This document shows positions 12,388 through 25,469 of a stretch of DNA of 64,000 bases, piece by piece. The notes beneath the pieces were generated by a model. That model did not search any database. It saw nothing but the letters and a program-made list of their open reading frames with translations, and was not told the DNA's origin. The position numbers and the translations under genes were made by a program. The number at the start of each line of letters is the position of its first letter. The stretch's first letter is position 1. Source of the DNA: Octopus sinensis (lineage: Eukaryota); assembly GCF_006345805.1 (NCBI RefSeq), contig NC_042998.1:4092001-4156000 (forward strand), read 5' to 3'.

Positions 12388-15300
12388 GCCGACTACGGCT
12401 GCTATAATGGTACGATTATAATTGTAACGACAATGATGGCCGTCACCCCACGAGCCAATAAAAGCTAAAAAATGATAACATTATCGTAGCACCAAAATGT
12501 TTTTGGAAACTAAAAGGAAAACTAAAATCTGGAAGCGCGTCTCCCAGGGAAGAGCCAGCCTGGGATCGAAAAGTCATCAACTGGCACAAACTCTTCTCCG
12601 AATACGGACATGGATGGTCACTTGAACGGGAAATCCCCCAACTCGAGCCCTCCAAGTTCACCACCACAACCACCACAGAAAGAAAAATGTAAGCGGAACA
12701 AATGGACCCGAGGAGAGTATAAAGAAGTAATATACGCTTATTACTATGTATTAGGTAGGCCATCTCAAGAGAGACACACCGCAAACTCTTACAGTATATG
12801 GAGAACACGGAATCAAGATAGTAGGCCCTATTTGGACGAGAACAAATTAGCAAATGTGAGGAGGGATATCCTTAGAAATAACAGACTCACAGACAGTGAA
12901 ATAAGCGCGATCAAGCACGCAACGGAAAATGACATAAATATAAGACACAAAGGAAATGAAGAATCAGATGAACAGTATAGCCCGCCACGAGGCTTAATTG
13001 AAAGACTGCCATCTGACCAAGTACGCAAAGGCCTGAAGATACAAGAATTCTATTGTACCTGATAAAGATAGCCAGGAAAACGAAAAAACAACAGTAACTG
13101 AAGATCTCGCATTTGCTGAAGAACACAGAGAGCCTATGGCAGAAATGAGGCAGAAAATCCTGAATACGCTTGAAGTTGTAAGACATACAAGTATGAATGA
13201 TAGAGAACCACTTCATAAACTCTCAAATACAAACCAAAATAAAAAACAAATCCAAATTGGCAACTATGTAACAAATGAAATAATACGAGAATTAAAACCT
13301 GATTTTACTGAGTTAAATGAAATTATTTACGCTTCTGCTAGGGCAATTGAAACCAGCTGTATGCCCCCGAAAAAACAAAGAAAACAAAACCTGGGAAGAA
13401 ATCAAACCTGGAGAAGTAAAATTGAAAAAGAGATTGAATTTATGAGAGGGGAAATATCAATATTAAATGAACTAATATGTGGAAATGATGTAAGATCCAG
13501 AACAAGAAGAAAGATGAAGAGAAAATTTGGATCCTCACCAAGAGAACTGATATCAATAAAAGAAACGCTGAAACAAAAAGTCCAAGCAAAAGCCCAAAGA
13601 ATACGAAGATTTGAGAAGAGAAACAAGTTTTACAAGCAAAATAAGCTGTTCACATCCAATGCCAAAAAATTCTACAGAGAAATAGGGAAGGAGAAAGTAA
13701 CCGTTAAAGACCCCCCTCCCATGGAAGAAGTTCAAAACTTTTGGAAAAGGATTTGGAGTGACAAGAAGACGTACAACATAAATGCAGACTGGATTATACA
13801 AACTGAAGGATCCTACCAAAATTTACAACAAGAAGCATGGGAAGACATCACAGTAGCAGACCTAAGAAAGGCACTCACGAAGGCCCATAATTGGAAATCC
13901 CCCGGTAAAGATAGGGTGCCGAATTTCTGGCTCGCATCGCTCCCATGCGCACACGGTAAGCTAGTTCAGCTGCTCAATGGAATTATGAGAGACCCAAAGA
14001 AAACACCTGAATGGTTAGCAAGTGGCATTACTTACCTACTCCCAAAGAATAACGAAACCAACCTTCCAAAAAACTATCGACCTATAACCTGTCTATCCAC
14101 CACGTATAAAATTCTAACATCTATCCTGGCGGAGAAAACATATGCCTTCATGGAGAAGAACGATATTTTCCCAATTGAACAAAAAGGGTGCCGCCGAGGC
14201 TCTTACGGATGCAAAGATCAACTGCTAATCAACCGTATGATCCTTGAGAACTGTCACAACAAGCGCAGAAATCTCAGCACCGCATGGATTGACTATAAAA
14301 GGCCTTCGACAGTATACCGCATCCATGGATCTTGAGATCGCTGGACATCTTCAAAATTTCCCCTGTGATTTCAAACTTCCTGAAGCACAATATGTCGTTG
14401 TGGAATACGAATCTCCAATTATACCACTCTAATGGAGTACTTGCCTCAGAAAATATAAACATCAACTGTGGAATTTTTCAAGGTGACTCACTTTCACCTT
14501 TAATATTCTGCATAGCCCTAATACCCCTTACAAGTGAACAGGGTATGGGTATAAAATTGCCAATAAAAAAATAAGCCATCTATTTTATATGGATGACTTA
14601 AAACTTTATGGTAAAGACAATAATGAACTTGAAGGCCTATTGCGCACCGTGAAAGCATTCAGCGATGACATCGGGATGGAGTTTGGACTTGAGAAGTGTG
14701 CCAAGGCCACTTTCCAGAAAGGGAAAGTGAAGACCACAAATTCAGTCGTGTTAGATGTTGACACAGTCATAAGAGAGCTTGAGCAAGAACAAACATACAA
14801 ATATTTAGGGATAAATGAAGGCTCTGGTATTCAGCATGCAAGCATGAAAGAGAAGGAATGTTATAGGAGAGTTCGTGCAGTCCTGAAATCTGAACTAAAT
14901 GCACGTAACAAGGTGTTAGCTATAAATTCCTTAGCAGTTCCAGTTGTTACTTATAGCTACAATGTGTTGAACTGGAATATGAGTGAAGTAAAGAATATAG
15001 ATAGAAAAATACGCAAGCTGCTGAGTTGTAATAGGATGCACCACCCAAAGGCAGACGTAGATCGCCTTTACCTTCCCAGAGCCCAAGGAGGTCGAGGCCT
15101 GATCCAATTTGAACTAGCTTACAAAACAACCACAATTGGACTGGCCAAATATCTCGAAATATCGAATGACTGGATGCTAAAGCTCGTGGAAAATCACGAG
15201 AGACGAAAGAAGCTTCATTCTATCATAAAGGAAAGCAAAAAAATTGCTATTGATCTCGTGCAGGATACCCAAACTGAACAACCCGAGGGAAGTACGGCAA

Positions 15301-16300
15301 CTATTGTTGCAAAGAAGGTGAAAATGATGGCAATGAAAAAAGCGCACGAGCAATTGGCTGATAGGTGGGAGGAGAAACCTCTGCACGGCAAATATGTGAC
15401 CCGCAGCAAACAAGCTGATGTTGACCAGAAGCAAACCCATCAGTGGCTACGGAGCTCAGGGCTAAAAGCAGTTAGCGAAGGTTTCATCCTGGCTGCTCAA
15501 GATCAAAGCCTATTAACCCGGAACTACCAGGCCAATGTGATGAAAAATGGAGCAGACCCAAAATGCCGATTCTGCAACGACATGATTGAAACAGTGGACC
15601 ACCTAATCTCTGGATGTAAAGTCTTAGCACCAGTGGAGTATAAATTAAGACATGGCAGAGTTGGCCAATAACTCCACTGGCTAATAAGTCGGCATTACAA
15701 TATCAAAACTGCCGACAAGTGGTATAATCACCACCCTGAGGCTGTAACTGAAGGAGAAAATGTAACCATTCTGTGGGACTTTCCAGTACATACAGACCGA
15801 ACCATCAAGGCCAATAAACCAGATATTGTTGTGAAAGACCAAAACAATAAAGTTTGCTTATTGATCGACATGAGCATCCCCTGCGATCATAATATCTCAG
15901 CGAAAGAGTTTGACAAGCTCAGAAAATATAAAGACCTACTCATTGAAATTGAGAAAATGTGGCATCTCAAGGCGGTTACAATACCAGTGATCGTAGGAGC
16001 ACTAGGAATGATCAAGAAGGGAACCGAAAATTATATGAGAATGATCCCTGGCTTACCATCCCTGCAAGAAGTGCAAAAGATTGTCTTAACTGGTACATCA
16101 CACGTATTGAGAAGAGCATTGTCGATGTGAGAACTGTTGCTGCTCATGTATTTTAATTTAACTTAAAAAAAAAAAAAAAATGAACGAACTACTGAGTTTG
16201 GTTTAATGGCCTACCAATGTATACTATGAGTTTCTTTGCCTTAGGAGTCGGGAAGACACCCGGCAAGAAATGGAAGCAAATTTGAAAGAAGAAACAAAAA

Positions 16301-16301
<1 letters not shown>
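12388..16301 (+). mobile_element. Near-full-length R4/Dong-like RLE LINE (family A)
   Basis: One interrupted ORF: N-terminal RNKWTRGEYKEVIYAYY; RT motifs SPGKDRVPNFWL, NYRPITCL, EQKGCRRG, AWIDYK, GIFQGDSLSP, YMDDLKLY, KCAK, YKYLG; zinc finger CRFC..ETVDHLISGC; RLE LWDF..TDR...NKPDIVV...LIDMS..KYKDL. About three frameshifts plus a stop at 15669. AAT-type tracts on both sides. Confidence 0.95.
13136..15671 (+). pseudogene. Reverse transcriptase / CCHC portion of the family A LINE ORF (disrupted)
   Basis: ORF-track segments 13136-14335, 14332-14574 and 14589-15671 join through frameshifts into a complete non-LTR RT domain plus zinc finger. Confidence 0.92.
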
Positions 16302-16354
<53 letters not shown>

Positions 16355-16377
16355 TAATAATTATTATTATTATTATA

Positions 16378-16598
16378 AGAATACTTTCTACTATAGGCAT
16401 AAGGCCGGAAATTGTGGGGGGAGAGGGATAGTCAATTGCATCGATCCTACTGCGTAGCTGGTACTTAATTTATTGACCCCAAAATAGTGAAAAGTAAAGT
16501 CGACGTTGTCGGAATTTGAACTCAGAACGTTGCAACAGACGAAATGCCGTTAAGCTTTTCGTCCAGCGTGTTAACGATTCCGCCAGCTCGCTGCCTTT
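16378..16598 (-). mobile_element. SINE family B2
   Basis: tttctactataggcataaggcc...ggaatttgaactcagaacg...ccagctcgctgcctt. Confidence 0.85.
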
Positions 16599-16639
16599 CA
16601 TAATAATAACAACAATAACAACAACAACAATAATAATAA

Positions 16640-16671
<32 letters not shown>

Positions 16672-16692
16672 ACAACAACAGTAATTACAATG

Positions 16693-16750
<58 letters not shown>

Positions 16751-16753
<3 letters not shown>

Positions 16754-16873
16754 TGCAGTACCAGGCAATGGTTCTCGTGGCTTCAGATCTTAACTGATTG
16801 GAAGTGTTATCAAGTACATTGTTTTGTCTTAGTATAAAATATCTGCTCAATACCACAGATGTGCTTGTCAGTT
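16751..16873 (+). mobile_element. Element M, 5' fragment with an internal deletion
   Basis: atgcagtaccaggcaatgg...ctgattggaagtgttatca...tgctcaataccacagat..gcttgtcagttg follows (AAT)n and is cut off by (TA)n. Confidence 0.8.
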
Positions 16874-16899
16874 GTATATATATATATATATATTATATA

Positions 16900-17983
16900 T
16901 ATACATAAATTATTAGAGAGTTATCCACTATGTGGATAACTCTAGTGCTAAAAATAGCTCCGAAGCAACCACAGAAGTTCTGTTTCCAACTAGAATCAAC
17001 ATACATTTAACGGAAGGAAAGTGAAATACAACGAATAAAATAGATTGACTCTATACAATTGTTTCATTACTAATGTAATATGTAGTTTTACTTACACTTA
17101 CATCTATAAATCTTCGGTAGAGTTTGTCAGAAATGCAATTAATTAGATCGATTCGAGCGTCAAAAACACGAGCGGTCCAACCAATTACATTTTTAGTTAT
17201 GTCTCAAATTCCGCGCCAAAAGCATGCCTAGACTCCATTGGAAACCTATGCCGCATCAAATAAAATATTGACTGCCGCGTAGTTAAATTTATAAGATTAT
17301 AAATGAGGGTGAAAAATCGATATTCTGTGGTTGCTTCGGAGCTATTTTTAGCACTAGAGTTATCCACATAGTGGATAACTCTCTAATAATTTATGTATAA
17401 ATTTGTATTTTCTCCGTAGTTTTTTGTGCTAAGCCACTTGGTGTTAAATTAATGGTATTATTAAATTAATATCGATTTTTCACCCTCATTTATAATTTTA
17501 TAAATTTAACTACGCGGCAGTCAATATTTTATTTGATGCGGCATACGTTTCCAATGGAGTCTGGGCATGCTTTTGGCGCGGAATTTGAGACATAACTAAA
17601 AATGTAATTGGTTGGACCGCTCGTGTTTTTGACGCTCGAATCGATCTAATTAATTGCATTTCTGACAAACTCTACCGAAGATTTATAGATGTAAGTGTAA
17701 GTAAAACTACATATTACATTAGTAATGAAACAATTGTATAGAGTCAATCTATTTTATTCGTTGTATTTCACTTTCCTTCCGTTAAATGTATGTTGATTCT
17801 AGTTGGAAACAGATCTTCTGTGGTTGCTTCGGAGCTATTTTTAGCACTAGAGTTATCCACATAGTGGATAACTCTCTAATAATTTATGTATAAATTTGTA
17901 TTTTCTCCGTAGTTTTTTGTGCTAAGCCACTTGGTGTTAAATTAATGGTATTATTAAATTAATATCGATTTTTCACCCTCATT

Positions 17984-17995
<12 letters not shown>
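16900..17995. repeat. Tandem (493-bp period) plus inverted (425-bp arm) repeat embedded in (TA)n
   Basis: 16900-17324 is the reverse complement of 17468-17892, with about 4 mismatches by eye. ctgtggttgcttcgg recurs at 17325 and 17818. Confidence 0.92.
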
Positions 17996-18029
<34 letters not shown>

Positions 18030-18214
18030 TCTCATACTCTCAAAAGTTTATAGATTCTTATTGCTTAAAAGAAAAATAGTTGTACGGAACAATTTTATAT
18101 TTGAGATGAATCTTTTAAAGTTTTTCCTAGCTATTAGATAACCCGAAAGAATGATTTTCTTCACTCTCTTCTTGGTGGGGTGCTCTAGTATTGATGTCTG
18201 TTCTCATGAACAGT

Positions 18215-18400
18215 CAATAATTTTCCATAATTTTGGTACAAGACCAGTAATTTGATGGTGGTGGTGGTGAAGGTGAAAGAAGAGATTAAGTTAATCACAT
18301 CGGCCCCAGTAATTGATTAGCATTTTATTTTATCGACTTCGAAAGGATGAAAGCAGGATTTAAACTCAGAAATTAAAAGGCCAGAAGAAATGCATAAACG
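18215..18400 (-). mobile_element. SINE family B2, degenerate
   Basis: ggtacaagaccag...atcggccccagt...tatcgacttcgaaaggatgaaag...tttaaactcaga. Confidence 0.6.
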
Positions 18401-18674
18401 TTATGACTATTTATTAACACGAGCCCACACAGTAAGAGGAACTTGAAGAAGAAAAGATGTTGGTAAATAACATGAGGATCAAGATGAATATGTAGACAAA
18501 GAAGTACCAAATAAGGAAAGGGTTAAAGAGTGGACATGGAAGAAGAAACTGAAGAAGGAAAGCAAGAAGAATGATAACACTTACAGCCAGCTAATGACTG
18601 AAATAATTAATTATGAAGGCCAAAATATGACAAACGTATAGACATAATATTGAGCAAATTAAAGGAAATTCGAC

Positions 18675-18826
18675 ATTATTCCTCGACATATATATATATA
18701 TATGTGTGTGTGTGTGTATATACATGTATGTATATATATGTATATACATGTATGTATATATATGTATATATATATGTATATATATATATATGTATATATA
18801 TATATGTGTATATATATATGTGTATA

Positions 18827-18868
<42 letters not shown>

Positions 18869-18912
18869 ATATATATATCTATATATATATATATATATAC
18901 GTATATATACAT
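18675..18912. repeat. (TA)n/(TG)n compound microsatellite
   Basis: Visible low-complexity tract that generates the YI-repeat ORFs. Confidence 0.95.
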
Positions 18913-20145
18913 AGAGAATGATAATTGTAAATTAGGAAGACAAAAAGCATGCCTTTAGGACTTTAACGACGTTGTTTATGGTTTTAGGTGTAAATTTAAT
19001 ATTCTGTCATTAGTTACTTGATTTTCCCAACTTTTTGAATTCGAAATATAATGTTTATTCCTATCCAACGTACTATTTGTAGTCTTTGTTATCATAGGTG
19101 GCACATATAGGTGAAACTGAAATGTATATTGCTGATAGACTCATCAATTATGTAGTTTTCTTGGTGTTTCGTGTTGCGAGAATTGCCTCTAATAGTATCA
19201 AACAAACCATTTAAGAAAACTGTACAACATAGACAATATACAGTTCTAGCAATAGTAAAATGAAGTTAAATGGGAGCTAAAATAGTCAATGTACCGAGCC
19301 TCCCCACCACCAAATAGTTAAACAATCATAAGAGTAAATAAAAAGAAAATTCTTTGGCGTTAATGAGATTTATTTCCAAAATTACATGTCAATAAAAATC
19401 TGCAAATTGATAAAAATATAACCAATCACATGCACAACGGATAATCTGATAGGTGTCAGCTGCTTTCTAGTATAATAGACACAGCTAAATCAATAGTTTT
19501 GTTTATCATATAAAAGTGCATTTTAAAGATCACTATACTGTTTGATATATCCCTCTATCTATTAACCTCTAAAATGCATATATTGTGTTCCACTTGCTCC
19601 TTTGCGTCAATATTTTACTGCAAGAAGGCCACCATAGTCACGTTCATACAAATTCGTTTCCCGTTAGAAAAGATCGTGAGAGAGGTTGTCACCAATTCGT
19701 GACTATCAACATCAACAACTGAACAGAATCTAGGACATTTGAGAAATGTACAGGAGACACACAACTCTAATACACGCCAATGAACGCATACAAAGAAAAT
19801 ACTATCAGTATGAACATGTAGAACACATACGTAAAGCTACATGTCTGTACAGAGCGAAGCTAAACACATTTCTCTTGATAGAGTAAGTATCTCATTTATT
19901 TCTTTTGCCACATGTATCACTGACGAAGGTAAGGCTGTTATGAGCTAAACCTGAAATCGGTCCGATATGGTAATAATGGAATTTTTTAGAAATTTCTGTC
20001 GACCTTTTTTCGAGTAGCGTGCGTATTGAGAAAAAATTATTTGGTACCATTGCCTGGTACTGCATTGTCCAATTTTTCGGCATATTTGGCGTTAGAAATT
20101 TTTTCGTTTGCCCTTATTTATGAATTGTTTATAAATTTAACTTTA

Positions 20146-20551
20146 TGTATATATATATATATATATACATAAAGCTGAAGTTGTCTGTGTGTGGCAGGTT
20201 TGGTAGCCTTCAACTAACACTATCTCCTCCGAGACCCTGCGGAGCAAGTTGACCAAAATTGTGAGTATGATAGAAGAAGGCTTGAACTTCATTCCGTAGA
20301 AGAAAAAATTCAAATCGGACCATGTTAACACCAAAAATTATTTACATCAAAAAGGAGCTTTTTTTTCTATGAATATCACTATCTTTTACGATTTTTTTAC
20401 TGCTGTGTCGCCATTTTTCGGTGTATTTCAACCAGAAAAATGTCCACTTAAAGAGAATAACAAGTTACATAATGCAAAAGTTTTACTTTTCAGAAATTCC
20501 AATTCTAAAGGGTCGAAACAAAACCCGAGCAACGCCGGGTGATACTGCTAG
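20146..20551 (+). mobile_element. Non-autonomous Helitron
   Basis: 5' (TA)n-rich start tatatacataaagctgaagttgtctgtgtg; 3' hairpin cccgagcaacgccggg followed about 9 nt later by CTAG (20548-20551). Confidence 0.75.
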
Positions 20552-21755
20552 ATATCGATAAAGTAAAAGTGTAAATCTTCGTTAACGTCTTCCGCTATTC
20601 CCTCTTCTTTATTTCCAACATACATTATCGTAGCTTTCCAAACCACACCACACATACCAACACACACACACCACACATACCAACACACACACACCACACA
20701 TACCAACACACACACACCACACATACAAACACACACACACACACACACATGGTATGTGTATGTGTGCGCACGCTTATATATGTGTTTTATATGAAAAGAG
20801 CTGGGAAATACAGAGTGGCTCATACATCTTAAAGTAAGTATCAATTTTTATTTTAAAGTGTAATCCAATTAATCAACTGCGGTAATATAATTATTTGTCA
20901 AATAAACATTAGGTAATTTATAAGTTGCGTTTATCTAAATTTTAAATCAATTAGATTAAAATAACGCTTATTCAATATTGATTATATATTCCGAAAAGTA
21001 AACTGACTTTAAAACAGCTCTTATCTAGAGAGACCAATGTTAATAAATAATGTTTAAGTTGTTAGAATCAATGTAACTACAAACACAACGAAATTAACTT
21101 TCTTCACACTACCTTACATTTCAAGCCATGCAAATACAAATCACAGAAAGACAATACGAAAAAGTCATTTCTTCAACAAATCACCAACTCCTTACCATTT
21201 AAAAAAAATAATCAATAATATCGGTAGAAGGAATTCCAGCAAAAATTCAGGCGAAGAAATTATCGCTAGAGTTATAACGTAAACGGTTAAAACAGAGCAC
21301 TGGGAATAGTGAATTTATAAGGTTCGCAAGAACTATTCTAGATAATGAACCCGAAATCCACACACACACACATACACTCAAACACGCGCACAAATTAATT
21401 ACCTCAATAAATAAATAAATGCAAAAGTCGTATAGCTTGATCCAGCCATCCATAAGTCCTCAGTCTGAAATTCAATATTTCCAAGAACTTCCAAAATCCT
21501 ACCGGAAACAAATATTCCAGACAATTTAACCGGGACTTAAAACTGTTCGTCCGATTTCAGACAGACAGTCGAAACACCGTAAAATTACACAGTCACAGAA
21601 AGTGTTTGATAGTTCACAAAATAACAACTTAATTATCATCTGTTCTGTATTGCTCTTCAGTAACACACATCATTGTATAGATTAGCGTGTGATCTATAAC
21701 GAATTTTATGAATAATGAGAATTTTCATGCATGTATGCATGTATGCTTGCATAAA

Positions 21756-21863
<108 letters not shown>

Positions 21864-21864
21864 G

Positions 21865-22042
21865 ATAGATCGGTACCCACTACACACATTTTTTCTCTCC
21901 TTGTTTTTTTTCTGTCTCCCTTTCTGTAGAAGAGCGTAGGCTCGAAACGTAAAAGACTTTTTCTATTCCTGAGCGTTATACTAATACATCTGTTTGTTTT
22001 GTACACCACCTGTCTTCGTCTTTTGTTTCTTTCGTGAACTCT

Positions 22043-22045
<3 letters not shown>
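21865..22045 (+). mobile_element. PLE-like short repeat with a variant hammerhead
   Basis: Lies between (TCTA)n and (TA)n and contains cttt-CTGTAGA-a-gagc-gtag-gctc-GAAAC-GT-A-aaag. Confidence 0.5.
21920..21955 (+). ncRNA. Minimal hammerhead-like motif with an A6U core variant
   Basis: Stem I cttt/aaag, stem II gagc/gctc, GAAAC, palindromic ACGT stem III and a GUA triplet, but the core reads CUGUAGA instead of CUGANGA. Confidence 0.5.
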
Positions 22046-22090
<45 letters not shown>

Positions 22091-22238
22091 ATTATTATTA
22101 TTGAATGGAAGAAATGGAGTTGAACGAAGATTGTACAGAATTCCTTTTATTACATTCTACACATGTTTCAAAGGCCACAAATTTCCAATCGGTTAAACGT
22201 TTGAATAATCTGTAACAAGAAAATTCATCTTTCTATTT

Positions 22239-22279
<41 letters not shown>

Positions 22280-22492
22280 AGTTAAGTTATATATACACGA
22301 ATATATATGTACATATGCGAATTTGATGGAGATCATTTAAATAGATTGAGGCAGTTCAAAAGTGAAGCATACCACGTATAATGACTAGATTGAATGACAC
22401 AAATCAGTAAATAAAATAATCCATTCATGTAGTGAAGGAAGCATCGCTGAAGGTAAGTTTATTAGTATTTAGTATTCCGCAAAATACAGAAA

Positions 22493-22715
22493 TACAGGGT
22501 GCGGCAGTACTATCTCCCACATTTGAAAGGTTGACAAAAGGAAAACGAAACAACATTTATGAAAAATTAATTAATTAATTTTACTGTTGTTTAAACAAAG
22601 GGTAACAGATTTTGTTCATTAGCTAAATGAAAACATCATTGGCATTTGCATAAGTTCATTAGCAATACATAGATGAAAGTTTAAAATGTGGGAGGTATTT
22701 TTGCCGCACCCTGTA
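22493..22715. mobile_element. Tc1/mariner-type MITE
   Basis: TIRs tacagggtgcggcagtactatctcccacattt / aaaatgtgggaggtatttttgccgcaccctgta with TA ends. Confidence 0.85.
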
Positions 22716-23559
22716 GTAGGACGACACCAATTTTAGGTAATAAAATTACGACGCTAACACCTAACCAGAAGTCTGCTAACTTAATAAACGATCTTTAGTG
22801 AGAGAGTGCCATTCATTTGGTTTACCCTTTGTTCTGATCTGTTAACTAATTCCCCTGTGTACATGTCATTATATTTTCTTGTTTTGGCAGACCAACTTTC
22901 TGTTATCAAGTTTTATGTATCTTGTAGTTACTATACCTAAGGATTGGATTTGCCAATCGTAAACCGACCCACTTCAACATTCGAAAGATGGGTATTTTTT
23001 TCGTTTGATTTCATATGCCGATTTGAAATCAATACAAGGGCATATCGTATTGCACTTGCTTTAAATATGATACTATCTGAGGATTTATATGTAACGCATA
23101 TGTGAGCTGATTTTTAAGGTTCTTTAGTTTACAATTGCTGTATATGGCTCAGCTTCCTTTGGTTAAATCTTTCATTTTTATGGAACTAAACATATTTGAT
23201 ATTCACGGAGTAGGAATATTAAAAGAAAGAATTATATACACCCCTTTTGTCTAAGTGTTCTAAGTGGAGATATATCCAGTTACTTTGTTTGTTATCCCGC
23301 CGTCTTCGAAGAATAGTTTCAAAGTTCATCTAATCGAATTTGCTATAGTTTTGGACCAACCGCCATTGCTATATATGAAGCAACATGTTTAATTGTAGCA
23401 TCGCTGCAGTTATCTGTGTTTTACAACAGCACAAGAAACTTATATATGCAAGTGATGAGACATAGCAATATTTTAACAGACAATAGGTATTTTGTTGCTG
23501 GTTATCTTTTAATGCTTAACTGTGTTCTCGGATGATATAACGGAGATAGGCAGGAATTT

Positions 23560-23900
23560 AGACAGACAACTTGAGAAACAGGAAAAAAAAGACTGGATGA
23601 ACAGACCGAAAGGTAGAATGAGTTATACAGGGAGTTATGTACCTAGAGATCTGGATAGAGGATAGCTGGATGTAAGGTGCTTTAATTACAATAAAGCGAG
23701 ATACAAAATACTTGATTACAAAACAGATGGATGCAAAATACCTAAATTACCGGAAGGAAGAAACAAATTCGCCATCTTCATGGACAGAGAGGGCGAGGAT
23801 AAACATCACTGGGAAGTTAATCACTAAAACCAGGGATAACGCTTGGAGGAATGAGATGTGCTCCAAGAAGAAGGAAGATGAATAAAACTTAAAAGAACCT
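23560..23900 (+). pseudogene. Degenerate gag/ORF1-like relic
   Basis: 23669-23720 reads DVRCFNYNKARYKILDY, a CX2CX4HX4C knuckle in which three ligand codons read TAC. Confidence 0.35.
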
Positions 23901-24473
23901 ACCAATAATGAGAAATATGGCGCCAACCAAAACGACACTGACAACTGCTAATGTGGTAGAAATCACAGAATACGCGGCCCTGTTGCCTGCCAAGAAAATG
24001 GTGGCAAGAATAGTGTTTAGAATACTGAAGCTAGTTTTTTCCCCGTTAAACCTTTACAGTGCTGCCCAGACTGGTGACAATGAGAGTTGAAGGTATCCTG
24101 AAACCGAAATCCGGAATCTAATTCTTGCAATAAAGTGGGATCCGTTAAAGAATGGTGATGTTAAACAGAGTGATGGACTAAGTCTTCAACAGAAGTAGGT
24201 CATGGGAAGATTTGAACTTGAAACATAAAGAACGCGATGAAATGTCATAATACCGATGTATTATGGTAGTTCTGCTTCAGCTACCATTCTGACAAGTATA
24301 TTTTTATTGACCACGAAAGGATGGCAGAGAACGTTGATCTATGCGGGATTTGAACTCAGTGCGTTGAAAGTCTGAACAAGAATCCCATTCTGTCTAATAC
24401 TGAATTGCACAGGCAATTCGAAAAATCGTGAGGGAAAGACAAAAAAGAAAACAAAGGATTTTATAGGAGAGAG

Positions 24474-24504
<31 letters not shown>

Positions 24505-25043
24505 GACTGAAGAAACACGACTACAAAAAAAAGAGGAAAAAAAAAACAAATGGAAATATTAAAAAATAAAAGAACCTAGGGTTAAGTCGAACTGCCACAC
24601 ATCAGATAAAAAGGTGGAAAATGTTTAAGAATTTGTATTGGGAAGTCTGGTCTTTCTGTTGGAATCCCGAGGTGTGGTTACACTCTCAGAAAATATATAT
24701 TATCCATCAGCAATAACAACAAAAACAAGAGCAACACGTAGGAAACGTGCTCTCTCAGACGCTGTCCAATTATATCAGGAAGTGAATCGCACAAATATTT
24801 TTGAAAAAACCTTGTTAATAAGGAATGTAGAGGAGAACATCAACGTTTTTATTCTTCATTTAACCTGCGCGCACTTCCTTGGAAAGTAAAACGCATCCTG
24901 AACCGGTGGAGCGAGATACACACACACACAGACACGCGCTCGCACACACACACACACAACACACACAGACGCGCGTACGCACATACATATGTATAAATAC
25001 AAACATGCATACAAACATGCATACATATATACACATACACACA

Positions 25044-25263
25044 TACGAAGGGATGCTGAGAAGTCCCTGGCTTTGGGTAAAAGAAAATACAGAAGGATCA
25101 ATTAATTATGATTTCATTGAACATATTCCCCTCTCAGATTCACATACTTATTGCAACGGAATTTCAGTTTTCTAAACCCTGTAAAAGAACTCGAAAGGTT
25201 GGGCCACCAACTAGGCCTTTCACAATACCTTTGAAGCCAGGAAATTTTCAGCACCTCCTCGTA
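25044..25263. mobile_element. Mariner-type MITE
   Basis: ~31-bp imperfect TIRs tacgaagggatgctgagaagtccctggcttt / gaagccaggaaattttcagcacctcctcgta with TA ends. Confidence 0.85.
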
Positions 25264-25280
25264 TATATATGTTATGCATA

Positions 25281-25316
<36 letters not shown>

Positions 25317-25469
25317 TGTATGAATGTATGTATGTATGTATGTATGTATGTATGTATTTGTACATTATCTGCAGGACCGTTGCCAACGGTCCGTCAGCAA
25401 CAACAGACCTTGAGAAACTCAGTGGCTATTACTAAATTCAGGTCAAGACAGAGAGATATTCTTGAAGCC

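Noticed and set aside
16917-16943. Inverted TTATCCACA-like (DnaA box) motifs in the 493-bp unit (also at 17360-17368)
   Set aside because: The context is a eukaryotic repeat with no bacterial genes or oriC features; the motif is simply part of a palindrome.
18650-18958. YI/VC-repeat ORFs here and at 37.3-38 kb, 52.8-53.1 kb and 53.7-54 kb
   Set aside because: Translations of di- and trinucleotide microsatellites.
25377-25395. Perfect hairpin ggaccgttg/caacggtcc as the 3' end of the Helitron relic
   Set aside because: No CTAG/CTRR at the expected distance, and the helicase is truncated well before its natural end.
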